In this document: piece after piece, positions 35,401 to 48,854 of the stretch
Numbering within the stretch: position 1 is the stretch's first letter
Layout: the number at the start of each line of letters is the position of its first letter
Assembly (NCBI GenBank): GCA_050575255.1
Contig: JBNZDD010013730.1
Coordinates: 8,898,381-8,962,380 of the forward strand
Length of the DNA stretch: 64,000 nucleotides
Direction: 5' to 3'
Source: Harriotta raleighana
Taxonomy: Eukaryota
Made by a program: the position numbers and the translations under genes
Notes under the pieces: generated by a model
Told to the model about the DNA's origin: nothing
Databases searched by the model: none
Seen by the model: only the letters and a program-made list of their open reading frames with translations

Positions 35401-38400
35401 GTATTTTCCCATCCTGTGCAATGCTCTGCCCTTATTAGTTAATCGTAAGCATACACTGACAGATTCCCTACACTTAGCCCAACAAACCACAGTAGAGCTT
35501 AGCTCATCAGAACATTTTCCACACTGGGCTCTTTCTTATGCTGATTGCAATTTTTTTCCCTCTGGAACTTAATAATGATAAAAAGTTTGCATTGTTTAGG
35601 GCTTACAGGATATTCTGTGATGCGCTTTGAGACTTCTAGAAGACATGAAAAGTGCTATATCAAATGCTAAGATTATTATTATCATAAAACAAGCACGATT
35701 GAAATAGCAGGAATAGAATATGCCTGAAAACCTTTGTTTTCCTTTTCTCTCAAATGTTGGCCAGAACAAAATAAGAGAAAATGATATGATGACCATTGAA
35801 GGACAATATTTATTTTCATTCCTGACTTAATCTGAATCTAGTCAGTGGGTAGAAACTGATTGATTATCAACATCAAATTTTATTATACATATAAATAGAG
35901 GAAAAAATCCTTTCACCAATGTCGTGTTAATTAGAAATGTGGATGAGGAGATATAACATGTAACAACAAATGTTTATAATAGTCGGTTCAAAGCAGCCTA
36001 GAGTGCCATGGGTGGCAAAGAATAACAACATCAGATTTATATCGCGCCCTTCACACAGGTTAGCACTTTGGAGCTTTTGAAAAAAGTGGAAGGTAGGGAG
36101 TGGGAGTTCAGTAAGATTTATTGAGGCACATTTACAACAGTGTGGGAAAATGATATGGAAACTACAGTGGAAAAGAACTATTAGGGACAGTCAACACCTA
36201 TTTTATATGCCCTTATAGATTAGGTGAGAAACGTAATGAATTTGGGATTTGGGGTCGGATGATAAAACAGAAAAACTGGCCTGAGCAGTGAGTTTCCTTC
36301 ACTACTGAGTTGCCCACAAGGTGAGGTTTAAATGTAGTTGGGTACTCAGTTTATTTCCTTAAACCTCAGATATTAAATTCGAAACCTAACTTATTACTCT
36401 GCTTAAACAGTGTGAGTAGTAAGATTTAAATAATTTTTGTGCCAATTGCAGTTTCTTTCTTGGTAAATTTAACTAATAGATTTTCAGTACCCACACAAGA
36501 CAATGTCAGATTAACAACTGAAATATATTGATTTGAAGCTCATAAAGTCTAATGAATCTCATTAATCAAGAGATTTAAAAGTGATTGCTGTACATTGACT
36601 TTTTTTTTCCTCGTGGAAGTCTTTACTGAAATACAGTAACACTGAATTACGTTTAAGTGCTCTTAAATCCTCAGGTATTGAAGGACTATTACTTTGAAAT
36701 CTTTGTGACATAAGTTTGCAAAAAAAAAATTCATGAAGCTGTTTGTTGGTGTTTGAGTTTCTGAAAGAAAATAGAGTAACATAGTCTTTGGCTTCTGGAC
36801 AGGTGTAGACCTCTCTCAGTCAACCTCCTGGGGGAGTGCAAGTGAATGAAAGATGCAAATCCTCTACTCCTTTCTTTTATTGTGCTTTATGCAATTATTT
36901 GCTTGCTGTGTACAGTTAATTGCTTTCACTGTGATTTTTAGCTCGCATTTCAAGATCCAGCTCTTCCTTTTAGATGGGGTCCCTATTTGGGACCTTTATT
37001 AGCTTTAGCTGTTTTATGCTTCAATTTACATATGTGCTACATCCTTGCGGACTTTCTCAAACAAGTTACTAATTTAAATCAGACAACAGCAACAACTGAC
37101 AACAACAAATTGCATTCATATGGCGCCTTTCCTGTTGGGAGGATATCCCAAGACTTTTAACAATGCAAGAAACAGTCTTTCGACTGTCCTTGGTTCATGT
37201 AAACCCAAATGTAAACAGTTCAATACTGTCATTTACATGAATGTGCATGGAGAAATGTGTGACTAATGTGAAACATCATTTTCCAAGAGCTGTTAAATTG
37301 GTATGTAACAATGCAGGTAGGATTATTCTTTCATTCTCTACAGTGGAAGCGATTCTATCGATATTTCTGTCAGGGAGAGAGGACTGACTACATTTTCAGT
37401 TGTTGCACTAATGAAACAAACATTAATATTACAGTACAATAATAAAACCAGTCAAACATGAGAATAGCTATATTACTGTAATATTAACCCTATCACTCTC
37501 AAATAACATGTTTTGTTATGTCTGAGTCCTCATTCATGCTACACATTTGGCAGAGAATGACTGGAAAAATCAAGTTGATTTGCTGCCAAGCTAACAGTAT
37601 AAATGCAACGTCAATCAATGGTGCTGGGTTTCCACTCCATCTCTGTAGAGTGCTTTGAGACATTATACCATGTGAAAGACACAATATAAATGAAAATTAT
37701 TGTTGTTGCAGGACTGATAACATTTCACTACCTGTAGCCCATGGAAAGACTACTGGTCCATGTGTTTCTTTACTTACTTGATCTATCATATCATATGCCG
37801 ATGACATTTGAAAGCTCACCTCCTTGTGGTCATTGATATTCATGTCTATTACTGATCATCGCGGATGGCACAGTGTGTACAAATTAAAGGGGGCATTAGC
37901 AATGTCATTCTTTGTGACTTGAATAAGCCTTTGTGCTCTGATCAGATAAAAAGACCTCAGAAATATTCAGAGATATAAAATTCAATAAAATCACATTGAG
38001 GAGGCAACTTGATAGCTTAAATGATACAATTCTATAACGGATTTGCCTACAATTCAGTAAAATTGTATACCCTCAGTTTAACATCATTGGGTAAACTATA
38101 TCCAACACTTGATTGGAATTATATAAATGCTCACAGTTATAATAGCACCTTCTAGCACAACAAACAGAACCAGAGATTAATACATCATGATCTGATTTGT
38201 TGGTATTGGCAGTGAAGTACTTTGTAACTTTTTATAGCTTTGCAATGAATGATTTAATCTTTTTTATGACCCGCTCAAACATTCAATTGAAGATTGTTGA
38301 ATCACTTGTTGAATGAAAGTAACATTTCATAAAAACAATAGTTTGAAGAGAAAGGGTAGTGAGGGGAAGGTTATAAAACCTGTCAAAGTTTGGCTTTTAA

Positions 38401-38874
38401 TAGCCACAGCTGGAAGGAAATGCTGAAAATTACGACTGTCAGAGTCATTTAAAACATACAGTGAAAAAAATACATACTGTATTGTGTCTGGTGTTTAGAG
38501 CGCAGTTCAAGTGCAATTCCACATGTATCACAATTTTCTTCTGAGTTCTTGTGAAATTGCTATTTTTAGAGCCTATTTGTGCTGATTTATGAACTTCCAC
38601 AAATATGTGCTCAATTTCAGTGCAAAATACAGATTGTTTGCCATAAAAGATGTACGATGTACAGACCATTCTCTTAGCAATTAGGGTTTTGAAATTGTCA
38701 CACAATCTTTTCATCCTGCTGAACTGGGTGGGGGGAGGGGCATGCTGGAGAGGTCACAGGGGGAAGAAATGAAACCTTGGAGATCTTTGATAGTGGACAA
38801 CTCGAGAGGTTTTGTAACATCAATAAATGGTTAAAACAAATAATTTGATGCATGTCACTGTGTGCCATTTTGCT

Positions 38875-39125
38875 CATAGCCTAGACTGACACTCCAGTTG
38901 GGTAGTACCATGCTTTGGATGAGACATTAAACCAAGTTCTTGTCTGTCCATTCAGGTGGACATTAAATATTCCATGATGCTATTGGAAAAGAAAGTGAGT
39001 TTCTCCCAAACTCCAGACAAATGCTGTTGGTGTGCTTAGCAATACCCAAATTGACTGCCATGTTTGCTTACAGAATTGCACGTGACAATAATTAATTTGA
39101 AGCAGCTTTGAGATATTTTGACAAA
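38875..39125 (+). mobile_element. Older Deu SINE fragment
   Basis: gactgacactccagt..tttggatgagacattaaaccaag..ttcaggtggacattaaatattccatgatgctatt. Confidence 0.7.
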
Positions 39126-39229
39126 TGTAAGGTTTGTTTGTTTATTTGTTTAATAGGCTGGTAATGGATATAGAGGAAATTAACAAATTACTGTTTAGAA
39201 ACAGAGAATTCAACTCAGCAAATAGATAT

Positions 39230-39885
39230 ACAACAACAAAATTACATTTATATGACACCTTTCACATTGGGAGAACGTCCCAAGGTGCTGGACACACAGT
39301 ATTCTAGAGTGGAGGGCAAGGGAGGAAGGAGGTTGATTGAAAGCATGGTCAAAGTGGAGGGCCTTGAGGTGGGTCTTGAAGGAAGCAAGGGATGGGGAGA
39401 GACAGAGGGACTGCAGCATGGAGTTCCAGAGGGTGGGGGCAATACAGCTGAAGGTCCACCCAGCAATGCTGGGGCGGGTGAGGCAGAGGACGTAAAGCAG
39501 GCCGGAGCCCACCGAGTGGAGGGAACTGGCAGGTTGGTCAGGGCTTAGGAGGTTGCAGAGTCAGGGTGGGGGAATGAAGTCATGGAGGGCTTTGAATGTG
39601 AAGACCTGGATCATGAACTGTATCCTCTGGTTGTTTGGCGAGAATGGAGGTGATATGATCATGGAGCCTAGTGCGGGAGAGGACATGGGTTGCAGAATTC
39701 TGGATGTTCTGAATCCCATGAAGGGCTGAGTTGGGGAGGCCAATAAGCAAGGAGTTTGCATAGTCAAGCCTGGATGTTATGAATGCTTTATGAGAATTTT
39801 AGCAGTCTGCGGTGTGACAAAGTGCCGGAGGCGGACAATGCTAAGCAGGTGGGGTAAGCCAGATCAGGTCATGGCATGGATGTAG
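39230..39885 (-). mobile_element. L2-clade LINE 3' portion
   Basis: Minus ORFs give RIQFMIQVFTFKALH and FSCIAPTLWNSMLQSL...ASFKTHLKALHF. Tail caacaacaaaattacattt. Confidence 0.9.
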
Positions 39886-41373
39886 GGTAAAAAGGATCCA
39901 TTAGAACTTCAATATGTCAAAAATTAAGGTGTATACAAGTATACCACAGCGTTTAAAGCATACTTTCAGACTCATCTTCACTATATACCCTGTAACTACC
40001 ATTTGTGCCAAAGCATCGATTTAAAGAACCATTTCTAGGACATTTACAGAGATAGCTAAATACAATACATCTGTCACCTGACAGCAGCAATTCAATTGCT
40101 CAATAATATGTGTGCTGCCTAAAATGAAATGCGCCAGCCCTGACCTGTACATACTGAAAGTGAAAGACAGCCTCAAAAGGAGAAACAGCAGCAGCACCAC
40201 CTAATGGCTTTGGAGGCTTCATGCTTCAGACACATTCTATCGGTGGGAGCTTCAGATATCAGAGCACACACATTGACCAAGTCATAGGGAAATATAATAT
40301 GCAGATTCAATTAGAAAGCTGTAATGTATCAATGAGGAATTTACCCAGATGTAACCAGCATTGGGTCACAACTCCCCAATCATCATCCTCTATTGCTGAC
40401 GTTCATGAAGCCAGACAATGCATTCCATTTCCCACTCATAGATTCATTCGTCCATTTGTGGAATCCAAGTACAGTACATGTAGAATTTTTAAACTTGTAC
40501 TGCAAATCCGATCGCAGTGTCATTGTTTCATAACAGGGTGGGAGGGTGGAGGGTTGCGTTATCAAGTATAGTAAAAGTAGTTGTGAATACACACCAATGC
40601 GATTGCACCAGGAAACACCCACAAACATCCATGAGGTGAATGACCAATTTAGCTGGAAGTGTTGGCCCAGATCCCAGGAGTTAGAATCCTTTCCCTTTTT
40701 GAATAGTGCAATGGGATATAATAACTGCTACATGAACAGTCAGATTGGACCTTGGTTTAAAGCCTTGTATTCAAGATTGCACCTGTGACACTGCACTCCA
40801 TGCCCTGATATGGAACTTGAATTCACGGCTTTGTGACACAGAATGAAGAGTACTGTACCAAACATTTTGTTTTGTAACAATCAGAGGAAATTTGTGTCTG
40901 GTGTTATGCAGAGCCGACATGTGAAAATGTTGCATTCAGAATTTTTTTTTAATGTAAGAGACAGTTTATTGACTGAAGCTGGATTTCCTTTTTGTTTGAT
41001 TGGTGGTTTACAGAACATTTTCAGATTTTTTGACTAATATGCATTGATTTCAGTATTGCTTATTTATACTAATGAATTTCGGCATCAACACTGCTAATTG
41101 TTGTTGCAGTTTCAATGGAACCAGCCCCTTCCCAAGGTCCTCAATTTTTTTGATAGCCTTGACTACTATTCAGTTTGGTGGAGGAGAATCCTGAGGAGCT
41201 GCTATCCTCTCTGGTAGATACTTGAGCTGTGGTTCATGAAATTGAAAAATAAAACTCGACCTTCAAGGTTCCAAAGCCCCTTTGTGTGTGTTTGCAGGAA
41301 ACTTTTTTTCAGAATTGCAAGTCAATAAATGATTACACTTAACAGCTTTCTCCCCCTCCTTTTGTCGTTACAG

Positions 41374-41415
41374 GGTCTCTTCATCTTCCTGATATATGGA
41401 GTATACAACACAGAG
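41374..41415 (+). CDS. ADGRD2: Adhesion GPCR 42-nt exon, TM7 end: GLFIFLIYGVYNTE
   Basis: Long polypyrimidine tract ending ttacag|, donor GAG|gtgagg, phase 0-0. Completes the NSLQ|GLFIF family motif. Confidence 0.93.
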
Positions 41416-42139
41416 GTGAGGCTAGTTAATGTCTCAAGGCTGACAGTCTGGATGAGGGAAATGACAGGCTTCTGATCTCACTGAGGGACAGAGTATCTTG
41501 TCGCATGAGTGTCCTACTGCCCTTCATGCCTGGACTGGCCCATATGCATTCTGCTTTACCATTAAACACTGACAACCAGCTAGAAAAGGATACATTTCTC
41601 ATCGTCAACTGCTAATATTTCAAAGTTTTTTTTTATTTTTCAAGTTACTTAAGTTTACCAAGTGTTAACCTGCCCATCTCCCTGAAACTTTGTGGGCTAA
41701 AATGCCTTTTTACACCTTTCAAGGAAAACTTTGAAAGTTATCTTAAGGAAACGAGAAATAATATTTAGACTCTTGTGAGGTTTTTCTTTTTATGTACTTC
41801 TAGAGACTTGGATATTGCTTGTTGATCCATATTGGGATTGAGTTTCGCAAAACACTGCTGTATTCTGCTCCCAAATTGAATGCTAATGTATTTTGTAGTG
41901 GATTATGGATTCAATTGTTTTGAGTTATTTTTTGCTTTACAAATCTCAGTCGGAATTGTTTTAACTGAGTAACACTTTGAGAAATTTATGTGTAAGTTTA
42001 AATTGGAAGACTGCGGTAGATTTTAACTTTAGCTGTGGCCAATCCCATATTCTGATTGGCTTCCGTATCCTGAGGTGCCATATTTAAACACAAAAGTCTG
42101 CCCTCATTGTCTTCAACATTTTGAAACAATGATTGAGTA

Positions 42140-42283
42140 CGAACAACATACTTGTGCATGGGTAGTAGCAAGGAATTGAGGATAAACCAGGCAATTGAAG
42201 GACGACACCTGGGGCATCATCCTTCAATCCTCTGGCCTATTCTCAATTCCCCTGTAGAGTACACGGGGGTTATTGCTTAATTT
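42140..42283. mobile_element. Palindromic non-autonomous element, Crypton-A/Eulor5-6-like
   Basis: Core inverted repeat 42172..42250 (ggaattgag..attgaagga / tccttcaat..ctcaattcc). Right end ttattgcttaatt is the reverse complement of aattaagcaataa. Confidence 0.6.
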
Positions 42284-43461
42284 ATCACTGAAGGTTATTC
42301 TCTTACTGCCACTGAGCACTATTCTTCACATATGTCAAATATAGCTTCTTTCTAAGCATAGCTCTATTGAACTGACTTTTGAATGAGTGGACTAACTCTG
42401 AAGAATACGTACAAGAATGGTTAAGCGTTTAATTCAGTTGGATTAAAGACCTACTGTATAAGTATTAAAAATGCAAAATACGGTACTTTAAAGTCTATTT
42501 ATATATTGAAGATCAAAGTAACTTAATGGAAAAATCACCTTCAAAGTCCACAACCACAACTTAAAAAGACTAGAAGACATTCATTATGTAATTACTGTAC
42601 TGTTAATTTATTAAGGGTGATTGAACAATTACACAATGTAAAATAGGTAAAATTAGGACAGTACCATACAACTTTCAATGATAGAGAAGAATTGGATGTG
42701 AGTGCATGTTTTTAGAAACTACTTCTTGTTTATTGACATTGCAGAAGAGCAGCAAATATCAGATAGGTTGCTAACAGCAGAAGGCAGACAGTCCATTTGA
42801 AATTTGTCATGATTTTCTGTTTACTCAAACATTTGGAAAAATGTTGTGATCTTGTACGTTTGCTCTTTTGATTCGTGGGGAATGGAGGACTGAGGGGAGT
42901 TTGTAATTGCGTTCTGTAAGCTTCTCTTTGTTGAATTTTCACTGTAAGCGTGCAACATGCCTTAGCATGAGAAATGTTGCTTAATCATATTGAAAATAGA
43001 TAGAAATTTGAAGTGAGAAGTTTTATAGGTTTAAACTCTTATACAGTCAGTCTTCAAATGGTTTAAATTCAACTTAACAACCACATCCCAAGACTATTAC
43101 AGCTTTTAGACATAGATGTGAGGTTACATGTTCCACTAACGGAGACAGGTCTCTCGTAACCCATGACAGGTAGGTACCTCTGTGATGTGATATCAATGCA
43201 TGTGTTATGGTCCTTTTAAATAAAATGTGTAGCAGACATTCATTATAGAAATGAGTTTCTCATGAGAATTGATTGCTCTTCTGGGAATGGAGTGAGTTAC
43301 CCATGGAAATTGTTAACAAGACTGGTCAGAACATTGGTCATTTACAAGGGCAGCTGGCTGAGAATAAATATTGATGCATGTGAGTTTAAGCAATTTAGGG
43401 CAAAAGGTTGAGGTATGAACCACAGGAATTTATGGTTTTAACAGCAATGGATAACATACAG

Positions 43462-43620
43462 AATAATGAATAGCAAGGAGTGATTACAAGGCTGTAATCC
43501 AACCGAGAGGGCCAGATGACATCATAAACCATGAGAGTGAATCTTGAGTGGTTTATAAATGCCATCTGAACCCCGAGATTAGATTACAGCCTTGAAATCA
43601 CTCTTTTCCATGTTAATATT
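43462..43620. mobile_element. Palindromic Eulor-type / MITE-like element, ~55-60-bp arms
   Basis: gagtgattacaaggctgtaatccaa..cagatgacatcataaacca pairs with tggtttataaatgccatctg..ttagattacagccttgaaatcactc. Confidence 0.75.
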
Positions 43621-46049
43621 TGCGGGAATGGCTAGATATTTTCATCTGTCATTATGTTTGTTGGGGTTACTGTTCTCTGCCACCGTCTTGTCTCTGGAAA
43701 TTGTACAAGTTAAGAAGTTGTCCGATAGGGTTTCATGTTGCCATGTGACATCTTATTTTAACGTTTAGTGGATTAAAAACGCCTCTCTCCTTATCAGTAA
43801 TAGGGTAGCAGAAGTTTCTTTTCATGCTATAGCTTTTCACTTGTCTGAGCATTTCCGAGCTAAACTGACAGCTGAAAGCAGCAGGGTACTAAAGTATTAG
43901 TGACACAATTACTGGAATTAAAACACAGGCAACTTATGGTTCAGTACATGTTGTGATATTTGTAATTCTTATAAAACATGCGTTTTTTTTTCTTGACTGT
44001 TTTATTCTTTTTGTTCACAATTCAAGTGTGTAATTAGTCAAATATCTAACCTGGTAACGTGCTACTTACCCTTCCAGGGATTTGGGTAAAGGATAATATC
44101 TAAACCCAAGTTTGCCCTCCACCCTCGTCGATCCCGACCCCTAGCTTGGGAACAAATCCCCGATCCTCCAGTCACTTGGGACATCTTCCTGACATGAATG
44201 GCATTTTCCGAATGTAATTTTATGTGGTACCTGTGGACCTGAGTTTTTTTTTAGTCATTTCAACCTTGTGGAGGCTCAACTTACTTTCACTTTAGCTTCT
44301 CTTTCGATATGCATTTTATTGACCTTGAAATAATAAAGAGAAGAATCGCTGGGATTTGAACCAAGAGTTCTTAATGTTCTGATTAATTACACACTATAGC
44401 AGAAACAAACTTGCCAGTTTATTCACATCTGGTGGCTTACATATATCTGAGTCCCAGCTCTTGCAGATATAAACTAAGTACACTCACTGTCTGTCATAGC
44501 AGAGCATTCGCTATTTGCTTGGATATACTTGATTGATGAAACAAGATCCTGTTTGCATTTGTTCGGCATTTCAGATGGGTAAAATAGGCATATAAAATAG
44601 CACACACCCACGCAGAACTATGTTGTAGCAAATATTGTGCATCTCCCATAAACAGTGCAAACCTATGTGACCTCTGCACGTGACGAGAGAGCTTTGTACA
44701 GACCAGTATCGATCTTTGTGTGGTGGACATTGCTGTCCTCGCAGCGTTCTGTCCTTTATTAGACACAAGTCAATTCTCGGTGTGCAATATGTTGGATCTC
44801 GTATTCATTTACATTTGCAGATGAAAGTGAACACGAACATGTTGATTCTTTTTATTTTTGGACAACCTGGTCTGTAAATCTCTTCCACTGAGGTTTCAAG
44901 CGGTCGTTGGCACCTACAACAAGGGGACGGAAATGCTGTGGTGTATACTCACATAAAGAGTGAAAAGGGTCAGAAAGGTCCATTTTGTTTGTAAGGAGAG
45001 AATGATGTCACTCACAGCTGCAATTATTTCCTTTCTAGTTGCAGTTCCATGCAGATCGCATAAATCTGGTATCTGGGGTACCTAGATAAGCTTGCATAAC
45101 GGAGATAAAATGCCTTTATGACAGAAGATCCAATTCATCCAAAAGAATAATTGTACACAACTAGAATACTGAATACTGTACATGCAAGCTGCTTCAGTGT
45201 TTAACTGTATTATCTTATGGGGGAAATCCAGTTGTCTCAGACTGTCTTGCAGAGAATAGTAGCCATTAGGATTTGTTTTAACCATTGCACTCATTTAACA
45301 TACTGGCATTATTAAGATGAATCAATCCTGATCCCTTTTTGATGTAAAGACTTGCCAGACTTTGATGTGCCAGAAAGGCCATTGAACAACTTGAAAGAAA
45401 ACACTTACAGATCATAGAGTGATTATACAGCACAGAAGGAGGCCATTCAGCCCTTCTAGTCTGATCTGGCTCTTTGATAAGAGCTGTCCAAATCAATTCC
45501 ACTCCCCCACTCTCTGCATAGACCTGCAAATCTGTCCTCCCCAAATAACAAATTATTTGTTTCTTAAAAATTGTTATTGAATTGTCTTCCACCATCGTTT
45601 CCGACAATGCATTCCAAATCTGAACAGCTCGCTGCATGAAAACATTTCTCCTCACCTACCCTCTGTTTCGTTTAACAACTATTTTAAATCTGTGTTCCTT
45701 GGTTACTATCCACTCACCAATGGAAACAGTTTCTCCTTATTCACCCTATCAAATCTCATAATTTTTAAAACTTCTGTTAAATCTCCTCTTAACTTTCATG
45801 GCTACAAGGAGAATAATCCTAACTTCTCTAGCCTCTCCCGATAATGAAATCTCTCATTCCTGGTACCATCCTGGTAAATCTACTTTGGACCCTCTCCAAT
45901 GCTTTGACATCCTTCCTAAAGTGACCACACAACTGAAAACAGTACTCCAGCTGAGGCCTAACCAGTCTTTTATAATAGTTCATCATAACATCCTGACTTT
46001 TGTATTCTATGCCTCTGTTTATAAAGTCTAGTATCCCATATGCTAATTA

Positions 46050-46469
46050 AACTTTCAAGGCCATTCACAGCCTTGCCCCCGCCTATCTCTCTGACCTGCT
46101 GTCTCCCTATCAGCTTGCCTGCACCCTCCGTTCAGCAGACTCAGGCTTGCTCCGCGTCCTCCGCCCTAACCGCCCAACCATCAGTGGCCGGACTTTCAGC
46201 CTCTCGGCCCCCACACTTTGGAACTCCATCCCGCAATCCCTCCACCTTGCTTCCTCCCTTTCCTCCTTCAAGGCCGGTCTCAAGATCTTCGTCTTCGACC
46301 GCGTCTTCGGCTCCCCTCCCTAACTCTTCCCTCACTCCCACTCTCCTTCCCCCTCCCCCTACCCGACCCCTTCCTGTCGGGTCCCAATCTGATTGTTCGG
46401 CACTTTGGGATGTCCTCCCGACGTGAAAAGCACGACACAAGTGTAATTTTGTTGACTGTTGTTGTTGTT
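46050..46469 (+). mobile_element. L2 LINE 3' end nested in CR1
   Basis: FKAIHSLAPAYLSDLL...FSLSAPTLWNSIPQSLHLASSLSSFKAGLKIFVF, then (gtt)n tail. CpG-rich, so relatively young. Confidence 0.9.
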
Positions 46470-46472
46470 CTT

Positions 46473-46610
46473 AACAACACAACAACAACAGCAACAAAAT
46501 TATATTTGTGTAGCGCCTAGTGTTGGGAGGACATCCCAAGATGTTGGATAGTCAGTGTTTCGGAATTGAGCTGGGGTCGGGATCGGGGAGGTTGGAGGGA
46601 AGGGAGGTGA
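46473..46610 (-). mobile_element. Second L2 3' end, tail-to-tail with the previous copy
   Basis: aacaacagcaacaaaattatatttgtgtagcgcc..gggaggacatcccaag..gagctggggtcggg. Confidence 0.8.
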
Positions 46611-47132
46611 ACTTTTTTATCTACCTACCCTGCCATCTTCAATGATTTATTTTTCTGATCCCCCAGGTCTCTGTTACTTCACCCCCTTTAAGATTTTATT
46701 ATCTAGCTTATATTGCCTCTCCTCATTCTTCCTTCCAAATGGCATCAATTTGCATTTATCCACATTAAACTTCATCTGCTACTTGTCTGCCCATTTTACC
46801 AGTCTGCATAGTGTTGGGCCTTAGCTTATTGGAAAGAACCTATTCACATCTGTGTTCATACTCACCATGGATTAGGTTGTTTATTAGTGCGGTTTGCTAG
46901 CATGTACCCTTCATTCTTGATGCTCTAATAATTAACAAATTATTGGATGTTTTTACCTGAGGTTGATGGCTTACCAGTGAGCGTCTGTAAAGGAGTAACA
47001 TCCATCACATTTATACTAACACAGATGTGAAAAATCAAATTTGTCTATTGTCCACAGTTTTAAGTGGATGCCAACAAGATGTAATTGTAATTCAATGTAT
47101 CCCAAATACAAGAATACTAGTTGAGTTTACTT

Positions 47133-47456
47133 GTGGAGTCCTGTAGCGTATTGGTTAGAGGACTCGCCTTGCAAGCGAGTGGACCTAGGTTCGATTATCT
47201 GGCAGGGCAAAACATTGGGTAAGTTTCCTTACTCCACATGCCTCTATTTACCAAGCAATTAGTCTCAAACACAGTTGTTAGTTGATTGGTGAATTGCTTT
47301 TCTGAGAGTAATAGTCCTTTCAAAATAGATAAATAAAAATAATAATAATTTGGTCACTTAATCTACAACTGTTCATGGGACACTGCTGAAGCAGTTTGAG
47401 ACTTCCTGAGGACGTAATAAGATGTTATATCAAATGCAAGGATTATTATTATTATT
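47133..47456 (+). mobile_element. Deu-type SINE, long variant with part of the core deleted
   Basis: Head gtggagtcctgtagcg..ggttcgatt, extra block, then a jump from gggacactgctg to aagcagtttgagac, (att)n tail. Confidence 0.88.
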
Positions 47457-47929
47457 AAGATGTAGAGATGGAAATTTTAGTGCAGTAGATTTTGATAGTT
47501 GCATGGATCATGGTCCTTCACATTTAAACATACTGTAAATTTAACAGTAGACAAGCTTTTAGGCATCCAATGGTCTTAGCGGGAAAATGCACATCATTCA
47601 TGTTGTGTTAGAGTAGTCTACACCATTATGTTTTATATTGTTTATGCTGTTGATGGATATCATTACCTCATGTTTCTAATGTATAATGCACTTGCTTGAT
47701 GGAAGTTTTACCTGGCTGTTGAATTATGAGAACCCAATTATGGACCCACTTCAATAAATAAGTTATAAACACAACATTACTTGATCATGTTTCAACATTT
47801 AATTTTGCTCTGTTATGAAACATACCTGTATATAAGAGCTGTGTTCTGGTAACTCCTTTCGTTGATCAGCAGGCAGGATGGATACTAAAGACTGTTCATG
47901 CTACTTTTGGTTGCAGTGCCAAAGAATTT

Positions 47930-48272
47930 TAATAATAATAATCATCCTTTCATTTAATACAGTGCTTTTCGCATCATCTAAACCTCTCAAAGCGCTTCAC
48001 AGAATATATTGTAAAGTGAATTGACTGTATATTTGTGGACGAAACAAAGTAGCCAATTCCGCACAGCAGTGACCCACAAACAGTCATGGATTGAAAATGA
48101 CCAATTTGTTTTTTACTGTATGGATATGGAACCAGTTTTACCGTGACCGCTTTACCAGCATGTTCATGGTAAATATTTGCACACGGGCACTTTATTGAAA
48201 TGTTCCGTGAAGTGCTTTGAGATGTCTCCCTGACGTGAAAAGATGATGTATCAAATGCACGGATTATCATTC
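47930..48272. mobile_element. Inverted SINE fragments: minus 47930..48115 and plus tail 48200..48272
   Basis: Family tail present in both orientations about 85 bp apart. Confidence 0.8.
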
Positions 48273-48854
48273 TTATTTGGTGGTGGGTTCTGGTGAGTAA
48301 TCATAAAATGTGCATGTGTTACATGTGCTCGCATGGACTCCTCAATTAATCCCTTTTGAAATTGTACAGTTAGACCCCCATCATAACTTTGGCACAGGAG
48401 ATAACAGCATTTGCCTTTTTGCCAAGGGCTGTGGAATGAATGTTGGGAAAACTAGCTGTTTTATGCAGTTGATTTCTTTACAGGTTGCCGTTACACCACC
48501 TATCAACAGTGCTCTGTACTTCAAACTAGTTCTGCAGAGGCAACTGAGTCGAATATTCACTGTCCATTAGGAACAGGATAGCATGAGAAATTCAGAGCAC
48601 TCCAGCTTCCATTCAAGGGTAATAACGGGGCAGAGATGACTCTATTTCTTTAAATACCAAAGCTGATTATAGATGAGTCATAAAAACATAATGAATAATA
48701 TAGTATATGATACAATATTGCTTGCATTTGATATAGCACCAATAGACATCAGTACATCAGTAAAGCGTCTCAAGGATTTATTATCAAGTGCATTACTGTA
48801 GGCAAATGTGGTAACCAATTTGGACAGTAGAGTCCCATGAAAAGGCATGAAAGG

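Larger units (their letters stand above)
45410..46810 (-). mobile_element. CR1 LINE 3' portion (45410..46050 and 46612..46810) split by L2 insertions
   Basis: ORF 45278..45655 gives RRNVFMQRAVQIWNALSETMVEDNSITIFKKQI (CR1 ORF2 C-terminus). CR1-type tail tctgtgctgtataatcactctatgat on minus. Distal part encodes WADK*QMKFNVDKC. Confidence 0.88.

Noticed and set aside
48484-48570. Acceptor followed by VAVTPPINSALYFKLVLQRQLSRIFTVH-stop as a terminal exon
   Set aside because: No resemblance to adhesion GPCR helix 8, and a better tail exon exists at 57441.
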